Positions 8,771 to 17,874 of a DNA stretch of 64,000 nucleotides are shown here, one piece after another; positions within the stretch are counted from its first letter, which is position 1, and each line of letters begins with the position of its first letter. The DNA lies in IMG/VR virus record IMGVR_UViG_3300034061_006011, one strand, 5' to 3'. The notes under the pieces are model-generated. The model saw only the letters and a program-made list of their open reading frames with translations. It did not search any database and was not told where the DNA came from. The position numbers and the translations under genes were made by a program. Source of the stretch: a virus (Duplodnaviria; Caudoviricetes).

Positions 8771-9469
8771 TTAGAATGGTTTAGTTCTAAAATTTTGAAC
8801 AACATTGTACAAATAACCAATCATGTTTTCATCACTTTGTTTTGCTTCTTCTAAATTTTTAATATGTATTTTTAATTTTTCTGGGTAATTATTTGATATA
8901 ACTTGTTCTTTAAATTTTTTGCTTACAATTGCTGTATTACTTAAAAAGTTTTCCATCCAACTTGCAATAGCAGGATTGCTTGCATATTTTTCCATAATCG
9001 AGTCTTTATTATCTATTAATTTTTTAATCAATTGTTGAAATTCACGGATGATGATCCTTTTTGATTCATTTTCCCCAAGAGGAGTTGATTGTGCTGACGT
9101 ATCTGTCGATGGCGCTGCTTCTGCCTTTTGTTTATTTAGATAACGATCATACTTAGAACCCGGAACAGGTTTTAAATTAAATCTTACAAAAAGTGATTCT
9201 ACATCAAATTCGCCATCATTATCAATCGAGAAATCTTTTATAGTATAAATGCTTCCACTTTTTGTATGAATGTCATAGTTATATCCATTGGTTTCTGAAG
9301 GTTGATTTACACTTACAATAATGCTTGTTCTTTCAATTCGTTTTTCTGGTATTCCTAAAGTAAAAGGATTACCATGAGCCTTATCACGATGATGAAAAAC
9401 CGTTGCTTCGTCAGCAAAAATATGATCTCCAGCACCTTCTCTTAACTGAACATATTCATGAAACTTCAT
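8771..9469 (-). CDS. Hypothetical protein with capsid-targeting-like leader
   Basis: Starts MKFHEYVQLRE, identical to the next gene; TAAATA and GGAG upstream. Confidence 0.7.
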   Translation of the reverse strand: MKFHEYVQLREGAGDHIFADEATVFHHRDKAHGNPFTLGIPEKRIERTSIIVSVNQPSETNGYNYDIHTKSGSIYTIKDFSIDNDGEFDVESLFVRFNLKPVPGSKYDRYLNKQKAEAAPSTDTSAQSTPLGENESKRIIIREFQQLIKKLIDNKDSIMEKYASNPAIASWMENFLSNTAIVSKKFKEQVISNNYPEKLKIHIKNLEEAKQSDENMIGYLYNVVQNFRTKPF

Positions 9470-9516
9470 ATGATTCTCCTGATTTTTACAAAACTATTTA
9501 GTGTATAAACAAGAAA

Positions 9517-10038
9517 TTATCCTTGTTGACCGAGTGGATTGTATGTTTGTCCGTACTCATACTTTGCGATTCTATAAAATTTGCCTTCGTCCTCTTTAAC
9601 AAGATAATCTTGAGGTTTCAAAGTCATTTTTTTGTTCCAAGGCGAAATGAACTCAACATGTTCATTACCTGTGTACAAAGCAACCATTCTAGGACTTTGT
9701 TCTGGACGCACAGGTCCACCAATGTTTCCTACATAAGATTTTGAAAATTTTTCAGGCTTAACAACATATTGTTCACGACTAGGTCCACTCACAATAATGT
9801 CATTAACTTCAACTGTATTAGTAGTTTCTTCGCCATCCTCGGTAACAGTAACAATCGGTTTTGACTCTTGTGATACTGTGTAGGAAAAAGGAGGCATATT
9901 TTCATCTGTAGCAACATAATTATAATTTTTATTTTGTTTAGTAGTTGGTAAAAATTTTAGACCAGCAGCAACTTCTTCTATGTTGATGGTATTAACAGCA
10001 TTTTCTCGCATAAGATAATATTCTTGAAAACTTTTCAT
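9517..10038 (-). CDS. PGDYG-like two-repeat protein
   Basis: T.DGEE...NDIIVSGPSREQY..KPEKF...Y repeated as SPW...L.PQDYLV...GKFY.I...Y..TY; leader MKSFQEY. Confidence 0.55.
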   Translation of the reverse strand: MKSFQEYYLMRENAVNTINIEEVAAGLKFLPTTKQNKNYNYVATDENMPPFSYTVSQESKPIVTVTEDGEETTNTVEVNDIIVSGPSREQYVVKPEKFSKSYVGNIGGPVRPEQSPRMVALYTGNEHVEFISPWNKKMTLKPQDYLVKEDEGKFYRIAKYEYGQTYNPLGQQG

Positions 10039-10073
10039 AACTTTCTCCTTGAGTTATTTAGTATATAAACAAA

Positions 10074-10101
10074 AAAACACCCATAAAAATATGGGTGTTT
10101 T
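10074..10101 (-). terminator. Rho-independent terminator after gp32
   Basis: AAAACACCCATA-AAAA-TATGGGTGTTTT with T-runs on both strands. Confidence 0.75.
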
Positions 10102-10122
10102 CTGACAATTGTTCAGCAAATA

Positions 10123-11070
10123 TTACTTTCTGCCAAATCCAATATTTCCAAGCTGTGCTTCCATGTCATCATCAAGCATGCCATCAATCCCATCCAAAAG
10201 ACTGCTTTCAACTTTAGGCGCAGATTTTGACTGTGTTGATGACTTAAATGTAGCTTGTTTAGGTTCAGATTGACTGTTGCCATTATCAAGAAAAGCAGTC
10301 AATGCTTCTTCCATCTGATCAATTGTCAGATAAGTTGGAATTACTTCCAAATCATGATAAGACGTTAACCATCTATTGATCTGTTCCTTTGTGCCCAACT
10401 GAGAAGCATCTTCAAAGAAACTTTGATCGTAGTTTGGAAATCCATCCTTGCCACGAAGAACCTTAACAACCTTGAAGTCTCTGCCACTCAATGGATGAGC
10501 AACATCGCCCAAAGCTCGCTTGCCTGTTGTCTCGTTCCCTGAAATTGAAAGACAAATAATATTGTGAACAGTCTTTCCACAAGAAAAAATCTTGGGTCCA
10601 ATATTCGTTTCAATATTATTGGTCTTAGGATTCAGCTGAGACCTAACGATACAATTGTAGTAGTATCGTTCGACTGGCTTAATTGATCGAGCTTTCTCTT
10701 GAATACTTTTTGCTCGATCAGGAGGCATCTTTTTAGATTTCTCCCACATAGCATTGTATTCACGACAAATTGGACAATCAGTGTCTGGGTTAACAGCTTT
10801 CCACTGTGGACCTCTTGGTGTATGTGTCAACCTCCTTGTGCAAAAAATTGTTTTTGCATTTGGATATTCACCAAGGCGATGAATTCTTGTGGGGTGAAAA
10901 AATGGTTTGCCCTTAAGCTTAGGCAACAACCTAAGCAAAACAAATCCATCTTTTTCTGGCATACGAACGTAATTATCGTTAATGCCGCCACTATTTTGTT
11001 CTTTGTTTAATCTCTCTGCTTCTTTTGTGATATCGCCAATATCTAGCGTATCCAATTCATAGTCTGCCAT
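10123..11070 (-). CDS. gp32: Single-stranded DNA-binding protein (T4 gp32-like)
   Basis: LRLLP, H...C...CPIC zinc site, RYYYNCIV, KIFSCGK, GRDFK, FPNYDQSFF, acidic C-terminus. Confidence 0.85.
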   Translation of the reverse strand: MADYELDTLDIGDITKEAERLNKEQNSGGINDNYVRMPEKDGFVLLRLLPKLKGKPFFHPTRIHRLGEYPNAKTIFCTRRLTHTPRGPQWKAVNPDTDCPICREYNAMWEKSKKMPPDRAKSIQEKARSIKPVERYYYNCIVRSQLNPKTNNIETNIGPKIFSCGKTVHNIICLSISGNETTGKRALGDVAHPLSGRDFKVVKVLRGKDGFPNYDQSFFEDASQLGTKEQINRWLTSYHDLEVIPTYLTIDQMEEALTAFLDNGNSQSEPKQATFKSSTQSKSAPKVESSLLDGIDGMLDDDMEAQLGNIGFGRK

Positions 11071-11095
11071 TTTCGTCTGCCTTTCTCTGCAAAGC

Positions 11096-11121
11096 TAGGT
11101 CTTAACCTGACCTAAAGGTTA
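11096..11121 (-). promoter_or_regulatory. Candidate H-type RNA pseudoknot in gp32 mRNA leader
   Basis: Minus strand TAACCT-T-TAGGTC-AGGTTA-A-GACCTA gives two interleaved 6-bp complementarities. Confidence 0.5.
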
Positions 11122-11406
11122 CACCATCGGTGTCTCGTTATTATGCTCAACTGGTTGTTCTTTGTCAAGAACTTTTTCCTGTTCAGCAATCTGTGATTCT
11201 AACTGCTCAAGTATCTTCATGTTATGTTCGAGTCTTTGAAGAATTTCTTCTCGACTCAAATACTTAGATTCTCTTGCCTCAAATTCCTTTTCAAGCCTAT
11301 CTTCTTCTCTTCTCTGTTTGCGAATATCTTCTCTGCGAGCAAGAACTCGTTTTCGAGCTTCTACTTTACGAGCTTTATTCTTCTGATCTTTCTGTCGCTG
11401 GTTCAT
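11119..11406 (-). CDS. Highly charged coiled-coil hypothetical protein
   Basis: 95-aa K/R/E-rich ORF in the replication operon. Confidence 0.65.
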   Translation of the reverse strand: MNQRQKDQKNKARKVEARKRVLARREDIRKQRREEDRLEKEFEARESKYLSREEILQRLEHNMKILEQLESQIAEQEKVLDKEQPVEHNNETPMV

Positions 11407-11411
11407 ATTAA

Positions 11412-12125
11412 TTACCTCAACTTTGGCATTGATCCTGATGACCTATCACCCTGCCAGTTTAACAAATCATTGTTTCCTCTTTTACTTGCATTCATATCAT
11501 TGTCAAACTCTAAAGAATTATTCGCAGGAATAAAATATTCATCAGAAACATCAATAGGATTACCATTATCATCATTTGTTGAAATTGTCATTCCAATTCC
11601 ACTCGGACTAAGCTTTTCTGCATAAACTGGATATTTTTTATTAATTGTAAACTTATATGGGAATCTAGTTTTATCCATTTGCAATGGTGGGATAAAAATA
11701 ACATTCTTAATTATTCTTCGTTCTTTATTACTTTCAACTTTTTTTTGAAGTTGTGCAAAATCAGACTTTGGTGTAAAATCTTTATGCGTGATAGCTTCAC
11801 AAGCAGGTTGTGGAGGCTTTTCAGGCGTTGATTCAATTAAATTAAATTCTGTAACCGTATCATTATGTCCAAACTTATGACCATTTATAGAAAATCCATT
11901 CTTACTAATCTTAAAACTAACATTCTTTTTAACATAAGAATATATTTCTACATCATGTATAAATATATCTCTTCTAGCAAGCTGTGACATGATATAACAT
12001 GCTATCTTGTCAAGTGGATATTCTTCTTCAATTTGACCGAATTTTTTCTTTAAGATTAGACTTTCGTTTCGGTCATAATCAAGATTGTCTTTGTGTTTAT
12101 AATATTTAAATATGATCTCATACAT
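11412..12125 (-). CDS. Hypothetical protein
   Basis: 237-aa ORF inside the operon. Confidence 0.7.
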   Translation of the reverse strand: MYEIIFKYYKHKDNLDYDRNESLILKKKFGQIEEEYPLDKIACYIMSQLARRDIFIHDVEIYSYVKKNVSFKISKNGFSINGHKFGHNDTVTEFNLIESTPEKPPQPACEAITHKDFTPKSDFAQLQKKVESNKERRIIKNVIFIPPLQMDKTRFPYKFTINKKYPVYAEKLSPSGIGMTISTNDDNGNPIDVSDEYFIPANNSLEFDNDMNASKRGNNDLLNWQGDRSSGSMPKLR

Positions 12126-12133
12126 GATGTAAA

Positions 12134-12733
12134 TTAGTTATCCTTAAAAAAATCTTTTTCCATTTCAACAAGATCTACGTTACATTGTTTAATTAAGAAC
12201 CTGCTACCAACAGAATAGTCAGGTTCATTATCTTTTAAACAAAAAAGTTTCTTTATTCCAGAATTGATAATTAATTTAGTACATTCTATGCATGGCAAAG
12301 TACACCATGCAAACATATGAGCATCTTGTAAATCACATGATGCATTTACAATTGCATTTGTTTCTGCGTGAACACAAGAACACAATTCTAATCTTTTACC
12401 TGAAGGACATCCAAGAATCTTTCTTGGACATACTTTTTCATAAGCAAAATCTCTAACAAATTTATCCTCATCAAAGCTTTCGTAATTTTTATTTTTCGCA
12501 ATGCAATTTTTATCTTCATCTGTCAATTGAGGAAGAAATATATTTTTTAAATGTTCTGGGCTATCACAATGTGGCGCACCTCTTGGAGGACCATTGTACC
12601 CCATGCCAACCACCTTGGTAAGATTGGCGTTAAGTATAACAACGCCAATCTTCCTTGAATAACATGGATTTTTTAATTCGCCAAATAATTTGGCAGTCAA
12701 CATATACTTTTTGACGAATTCCATGTTAAACAT
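12134..12733 (-). CDS. dCMP deaminase
   Basis: SRKIGVV, GYNGPP, HAETNAI, PCIEC zinc motifs, with a T4-like Cys/His insert. Confidence 0.9.
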   Translation of the reverse strand: MFNMEFVKKYMLTAKLFGELKNPCYSRKIGVVILNANLTKVVGMGYNGPPRGAPHCDSPEHLKNIFLPQLTDEDKNCIAKNKNYESFDEDKFVRDFAYEKVCPRKILGCPSGKRLELCSCVHAETNAIVNASCDLQDAHMFAWCTLPCIECTKLIINSGIKKLFCLKDNEPDYSVGSRFLIKQCNVDLVEMEKDFFKDN

Positions 12734-13161
12734 TATGATCTCTCAGCATAATCAATGTTTAATCTATCCATTTCCTTACGCAACATGTGTCCACGATTGT
12801 GTCCATCCTCACGAGCAGCATTTAATGCTTGAAGATGTGCATACAACCTATCTTTATAATACTTAGCAGTAATACATACTTCTTTAGCATCAATACATTC
12901 TTGTTCACCTTCAGCATATAACTCTGCTGTTTTATCAGACTTTCCAGCATCTTTTTGAAGTTTAAACTTTTCAATAAATGTTTTCTTGTATGCAAGTTCA
13001 CAAGCTGAACTATATCTCATGCTATTTGCATGAGCGGCACCAACATAATCAATAATTCCACCAATCTTTTCAAAGAATTGGTTCAATGTAGCATCAGTAA
13101 ATACGAGATCTTTGTTGTCAATCGTCCATTCTTTTCCTAGAAACGAAATGCGTTCAACCAT
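12733..13161 (-). CDS. uvsY: UvsY-like recombination mediator
   Basis: Size, helical character and position next to the helicase; weak motif support. Confidence 0.45.
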   Translation of the reverse strand: MVERISFLGKEWTIDNKDLVFTDATLNQFFEKIGGIIDYVGAAHANSMRYSSACELAYKKTFIEKFKLQKDAGKSDKTAELYAEGEQECIDAKEVCITAKYYKDRLYAHLQALNAAREDGHNRGHMLRKEMDRLNIDYAERS

Positions 13162-13201
13162 AAAGTCCTCCTGTTAAATTAACTTACCACTAGAAACAGA
13201 A

Positions 13202-14734
13202 TCAGTCAATTGGATTAGAAGGGTCGTTCTGTTTTTTCTTGTTCTTCTTTTTCTTATCATCAATAAGATGCGATGCATCACTTGCCACACTGTAAGTGTT
13301 AGCATCTTGCTGAGACTTATTATGCATCTTAGTTTTGTATTTTTCAAAATCTATTTCTGTGATTGTTAAGAATTCATTGTTATATTCAATAGGAAAATGA
13401 TATCTACTTTTCCCATTTCTATGCTTGACAACAAATACTCTACCAACTTGGGCACCAGCCTCATCAGTAGTTCTATTAATACTCCATAAACCATCCAAAG
13501 GTTTGAACATGTCAAATGAAGCGCCAATGTTACCCTCCTCAATAAATTCAGAACTGGAAAGTTCTGAAGCACTCTTGTTTGGTTGCATAGCTGTAAATAC
13601 AACCATTTTCTTCTCGCAAGCAAGACCCCTAAGATCCCTTATGATTCTATACTTGCTTTCCCAAACAGGAACCCCCGGTGCATCTTTCATTTCGCCCGGA
13701 TAATCAACTATCAACATATCTGGCACAAATCCATGCAACTCAAGTTGATTCAAATAAGCACGAATATCATTTACATCAATCGTTCCTGCCGGAAACTGCT
13801 TGACAACCAATCGATTCTTATCAGAGAAATTCATGATATCATATTCTATCATCTGTTTAATTTCATCTTTTTTGCTCATCAGTTTAGAATATGGAACGCA
13901 TGCATAAGCTGAAGTAAATCTTTTAGAGATTGAAACCCAATCCATTTCGACAGAAACGAATACTACTTTGTATCCTTTCTTGACATTTTCAACAGCAGCT
14001 TTTACTAAAGCAAGTGATTTACCAACACCGGGAAGAGCAATAAAAGCATAAATTTCACCTCGACGACAACCACCACCAGATAATTCAAAGTCTATAGACA
14101 AAAAGCCAGAAGTAAATTTATCTATTTTTTCGTCATCTTTATTAAGTTCTAGAAACATATTATCAATTTGTGTGAAGTATTCAAACCCTGCATCAAACGT
14201 CTTGGAAACCATCATGCAATTACGAAATCTTTCATAAACTTTTGCCCATGTTTCCTCGGAATCAGGATTCTTTTTAAGGTCTCTTTGCGATTCTTCCATA
14301 GCCAATCTAAGACTTTGAATCTTAGAAAAGTTTAGCAATTTTGTAAGTAATATATCTCTGGAAGATTGGTTTGGAATAAAATATTCGTATAATGATTCAA
14401 GTTCAGATTTATAATAAATTTTAATTGCATCAGGTTTTTCACGCACTTTTTCAAGTAATTCATTTTCCATAATAAATTTTTCAGGGATATTTTTTGTTTC
14501 ATCAAATAAATCAAAAAGTATTTTGCATATTTCTATGTGTACTTCATTTGAGAAGTATTGAGGGATAACTAATGCTTTACCTTGAATAAGAAAGTTTCTA
14601 TCTGTTAGCAGAATACCAAGCATGCGCCGCTGGAAATTTTCATCCCAACGGAATTTTGCTTGATAGTTTTGCTTCTGAAGCATAGCTTCAAGAAGTTTCT
14701 CTTGATCTTCAGTAAGTTTGCCGTCCATTGGCAC
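13202..14734 (-). CDS. gp41: Replicative DnaB-family helicase (T4 gp41-like)
   Basis: ALPGVGKS Walker A, VSVEM, IVDYPGEM, TAMQPN, KHRNG. Confidence 0.9.
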   Translation of the reverse strand: MPMDGKLTEDQEKLLEAMLQKQNYQAKFRWDENFQRRMLGILLTDRNFLIQGKALVIPQYFSNEVHIEICKILFDLFDETKNIPEKFIMENELLEKVREKPDAIKIYYKSELESLYEYFIPNQSSRDILLTKLLNFSKIQSLRLAMEESQRDLKKNPDSEETWAKVYERFRNCMMVSKTFDAGFEYFTQIDNMFLELNKDDEKIDKFTSGFLSIDFELSGGGCRRGEIYAFIALPGVGKSLALVKAAVENVKKGYKVVFVSVEMDWVSISKRFTSAYACVPYSKLMSKKDEIKQMIEYDIMNFSDKNRLVVKQFPAGTIDVNDIRAYLNQLELHGFVPDMLIVDYPGEMKDAPGVPVWESKYRIIRDLRGLACEKKMVVFTAMQPNKSASELSSSEFIEEGNIGASFDMFKPLDGLWSINRTTDEAGAQVGRVFVVKHRNGKSRYHFPIEYNNEFLTITEIDFEKYKTKMHNKSQQDANTYSVASDASHLIDDKKKKNKKKQNDPSNPID

Positions 14735-14740
14735 CTTCCG

Positions 14741-15295
14741 TTAGAGGTAAAGATGTTCGTGTTCTGAAAGTGAAACTTGACCAAAGCGGATATGTTTTTC
14801 TTTGGTAATCTTCTTACCGATATGTCTAGCAGCATTCCATATGATCTGCTTGGTGTAAATGATAAATTTTGTGTTAATATCAAGCCTCAACTTAATATCT
14901 GGTCTGTCTTCCTTGGGAACAAATTTTTTAACTAATTTCTCTAAAATTTCTTCTTGGGGATCACCAAATTTCCTTCGGTAAGCACCATGATGCGTCTTAT
15001 TCTTCCATAGATCCTTCAAAGAATCAAACACTTTACGAAATATTCCTTCTTGAGGAACATTTTTATCTAATATCTCAAAACTTGATTCGATATAAGTTTG
15101 TCTCTTGTAATAACTTCCAGCTCTAAGAACAGCCATAAGAAGTTCTTGTTTGATGTCTTCTACATCCAACTGATGGTTATTACGAGAGTTATTTTGCATC
15201 ATTTGCCAGCTAGCAAACAAACACAACTGACCAAATTTCTCTTCTAAAGCTAAAAATTCTTCCGCATCAATCCTGAAAAGGTCAAATATCTTCAT
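14741..15295 (-). CDS. Hypothetical protein resembling sigma70 region 2 with an insertion
   Basis: DVEDIKQELLMAVLRA ... FIIYTKQIIWNAARH ... VSLSE. Confidence 0.4.
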   Translation of the reverse strand: MKIFDLFRIDAEEFLALEEKFGQLCLFASWQMMQNNSRNNHQLDVEDIKQELLMAVLRAGSYYKRQTYIESSFEILDKNVPQEGIFRKVFDSLKDLWKNKTHHGAYRRKFGDPQEEILEKLVKKFVPKEDRPDIKLRLDINTKFIIYTKQIIWNAARHIGKKITKEKHIRFGQVSLSEHEHLYL

Positions 15296-15343
15296 AATAT
15301 GCCTCCTGAATTACTAATAGCTGAACCTTAGCTTGATTTTTAA

Positions 15344-16663
15344 TTAAGTCAAATTTAAATTAAAATTTTTCAAGTTGGATAGATTATTACCAACTTTTAT
15401 ATCAACAAATAACTTAAGACCCTTTTGTTCCTTAAATTCTTCTTCCAATTTTGTTTTTATAACACTGATTGATTCATTGACGTTTTTTTCTTTAACAGCA
15501 AAAACGAAACAGTCATGAATTGAAAACAATAGTCTGAAATCATTTGTTTTTATATTACTAAGTTCATTCATCTTGATAAAGCACAATGTAGCTGCTGGTG
15601 AATGAATACAAAAATTCATTGCTTTATAAGATTCTTCTACATTAAAACTTTTCTTTCTATTAAAATAATCAATACAATGACCAAAGTTGGTAGCTTGACC
15701 CATAAAACCACTGACGTAATCAAAAGATTTACTAAATATAGACTTCATTTTCTTTAAGTAATCACTAGCCTCAATAGCTGAACAATTTAAAAGTTCTGAC
15801 AATTTATTAGCAGAAATTCCATAAATTGCTGGCAAAAATATCTTTTTCCCTAGTTCCTTCAAATTTTCATCTGCAAAATTGCTTAAATTTAAGACATATT
15901 GTGCTATCTGCTCATAAGGATGGCATGTGTTATAAAGTAATGTATTCAGATTACTGTCTTTGCATAAAAATGCAAGTACATATAACTCAAGTGCTTTAAA
16001 GTCAAACGCAACAAAAACTTCATCATCATTAGGCAAGATAAGGTTATTCTTTATTTCATTAGTCATCCCATGAGGATTAAAATTCCTATCTGAAGCTAGA
16101 CTTGAATTAAGTCTTCCGTTTTCCTGAAATTTGGATGAATAATAAGGAAAAATAAAACTAGCTGAATCATCAAGAATGATGCCTTCATTCTCCATCAGCG
16201 GAACAGTTGAGCAAATCAATTGTTGATATACATTTCTATAAACTTCCATTAAATCTGACTTAATGAACTTCATAAAGATTGAATGAACTTCAGAGAAAGT
16301 AGAAAAACTACTTTTTATGTCTGAATAATCAACAAACCAATTTAAGTCGAAAAACTTAGTTCTATCTGGCAAGATATTACAACCAACTTTAATACAAAAA
16401 GAATGAAATAATTTTGCATCCAAACAAACAATTGGACGATTAAATTTCTCCAAACATGAATTAAATCGGTGTACAAATGAACACGCATTATCTTTATGTA
16501 ATTTTATTTCAAATTTAGACCCTTTGGGTCCAGAAAACTGTAAATTTAATAAGAGATTTTTTCTGTCAGTCAAATCGGGTTCATTTAAATTTTGTAAAAA
16601 AACATATGGCTCAACGCTAAAAGCGTCGAACATTTTTTCAAAGGTAAGAAAGTCTTGGTTCAC
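15344..16663 (-). CDS. polA: Compact, divergent family-A DNA polymerase domain
   Basis: GTG start; NGRLNS, motif A DFKALELY, motif B KELGKKIFLPAIYG, motif C IHDCFVF. Confidence 0.8.
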   Translation of the reverse strand: MNQDFLTFEKMFDAFSVEPYVFLQNLNEPDLTDRKNLLLNLQFSGPKGSKFEIKLHKDNACSFVHRFNSCLEKFNRPIVCLDAKLFHSFCIKVGCNILPDRTKFFDLNWFVDYSDIKSSFSTFSEVHSIFMKFIKSDLMEVYRNVYQQLICSTVPLMENEGIILDDSASFIFPYYSSKFQENGRLNSSLASDRNFNPHGMTNEIKNNLILPNDDEVFVAFDFKALELYVLAFLCKDSNLNTLLYNTCHPYEQIAQYVLNLSNFADENLKELGKKIFLPAIYGISANKLSELLNCSAIEASDYLKKMKSIFSKSFDYVSGFMGQATNFGHCIDYFNRKKSFNVEESYKAMNFCIHSPAATLCFIKMNELSNIKTNDFRLLFSIHDCFVFAVKEKNVNESISVIKTKLEEEFKEQKGLKLFVDIKVGNNLSNLKNFNLNLT

Positions 16664-16737
16664 AAAAACAACTTTACGCAGAATTTTTCAAAAAGCAAAT
16701 TGTTAAATCATTTTTTTTGGCATGATTTTTGCAACTA

Positions 16738-16772
16738 AAGTTAAATTAATATATTTAAGTTAAATTAATATA
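16738..16772. repeat. 16-bp direct repeat, two copies
   Basis: AAGTTAAATTAATATA at 16738-16753 and 16757-16772. Confidence 0.8.
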
Positions 16773-16859
16773 GAGTAGAATTACTTCGTAATTCTACTCT
16801 ATAGCAGTAGTATATTTATTACTCTTCGCTACGCTCAGAGTAATAAAATACTACTGCTA
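16769..16859. other. Two abutting long hairpins in the largest non-coding region (origin-like)
   Basis: Perfect 16-bp stem 16769-16803 (loop TTC); 23-bp stem with one bulge 16802-16859 (loop TCGCTACGCTC). Confidence 0.75.
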
Positions 16860-17169
16860 AATTAACTTACTTACAAATACATAATATAATTAAATACTTA
16901 AACGCAGGCGCACACGCACACGCACGAAACAAATACCGTGCCAATCAAACAGAAAAATAAAAAAAATTATGTAAATCATAATCTTTACAAAAAAGCCTCT
17001 TAAAGCCACGATCTCATTTAGATGAGTCAGAATGCAATTTTCAAATATTGAACGCTCCTAGACCCAAAAGATTAGATTTAAACATGGTTTTCTTATTTCC
17101 AGCCCAGAACTGTTTTGGTATGCCAGAAAATCTATTTGACTTCTCAGAAACGTCAGTTAGGATTCAGAC

Positions 17170-17874
17170 ATGCGAGAATTTTACAAAGCATCCAACGAGC
17201 AAATGTTCAAGCTATCTGGCGAACCAGATATGCTTTTTGCATACCATCTCACAATCTACTACCTAAATTGTGAGAGATTTTATTTTCCTGACTATAAACA
17301 CACGCCATTTAACGACTTAAAGCCAGTTAAAAAACAAGCAGTTTTCAAACATTTGCTTAAACTCGTCAAAGATAGAAGAGCTGAATTTGAAACATCTTCT
17401 AACTATTTTCTTTTTATAAAAGCTCAATTTGAAATAGCTAAAATACTTGAAAAAAACAATCCATACATTTATCCCGGAATGTTACATGGCATAAAAGCAA
17501 TGAACCGTTTTTATGTTTGGAGTAAAAAAATTGAAGAAAAAAGAATGGTTCTGAAAGCTAATGATAAAACATTAGATCAGTCTAGCATAAACGTAGGACT
17601 TAATAAATCATTAGAATCACTCAAAAGAACTCTTGGTGATAACTTAGATTATGAAACTTTTGTGAAAAATATAAAAAGAATCTTGCTTCAAGTAAGATGT
17701 AGAGAACTAGATCCCATTTGGTGTTTTTGCAGCAATTGGGTGAAAAAATTACCAGAAGAAATTCGTGATGAAATTTATAACATCAGTGAATGTGATAAAT
17801 TTAAAGATTTTAACACTGAAGAAATCAATAAATTATATCAAGAAAAATTTATATTTGAGAACTGTGTTCCCTAA
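17170..17874 (+). CDS. Hypothetical protein, weak resemblance to gp59 helicase loader
   Basis: 234-aa helical basic protein next to the replication cluster; similarity judged by eye only. Confidence 0.5.
   Translation: MREFYKASNEQMFKLSGEPDMLFAYHLTIYYLNCERFYFPDYKHTPFNDLKPVKKQAVFKHLLKLVKDRRAEFETSSNYFLFIKAQFEIAKILEKNNPYIYPGMLHGIKAMNRFYVWSKKIEEKRMVLKANDKTLDQSSINVGLNKSLESLKRTLGDNLDYETFVKNIKRILLQVRCRELDPIWCFCSNWVKKLPEEIRDEIYNISECDKFKDFNTEEINKLYQEKFIFENCVP

Noticed and set aside
11096-11121. Stop-codon readthrough stimulated by the pseudoknot
   Set aside because: The readthrough frame hits TAG after 7 codons and is not in frame with gp32
17048-17266. 72-aa TTG ORF as a frameshifted 5' part of 17170-17874
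   Set aside because: No slippery site or RBS and no protein-like features; treated as spurious
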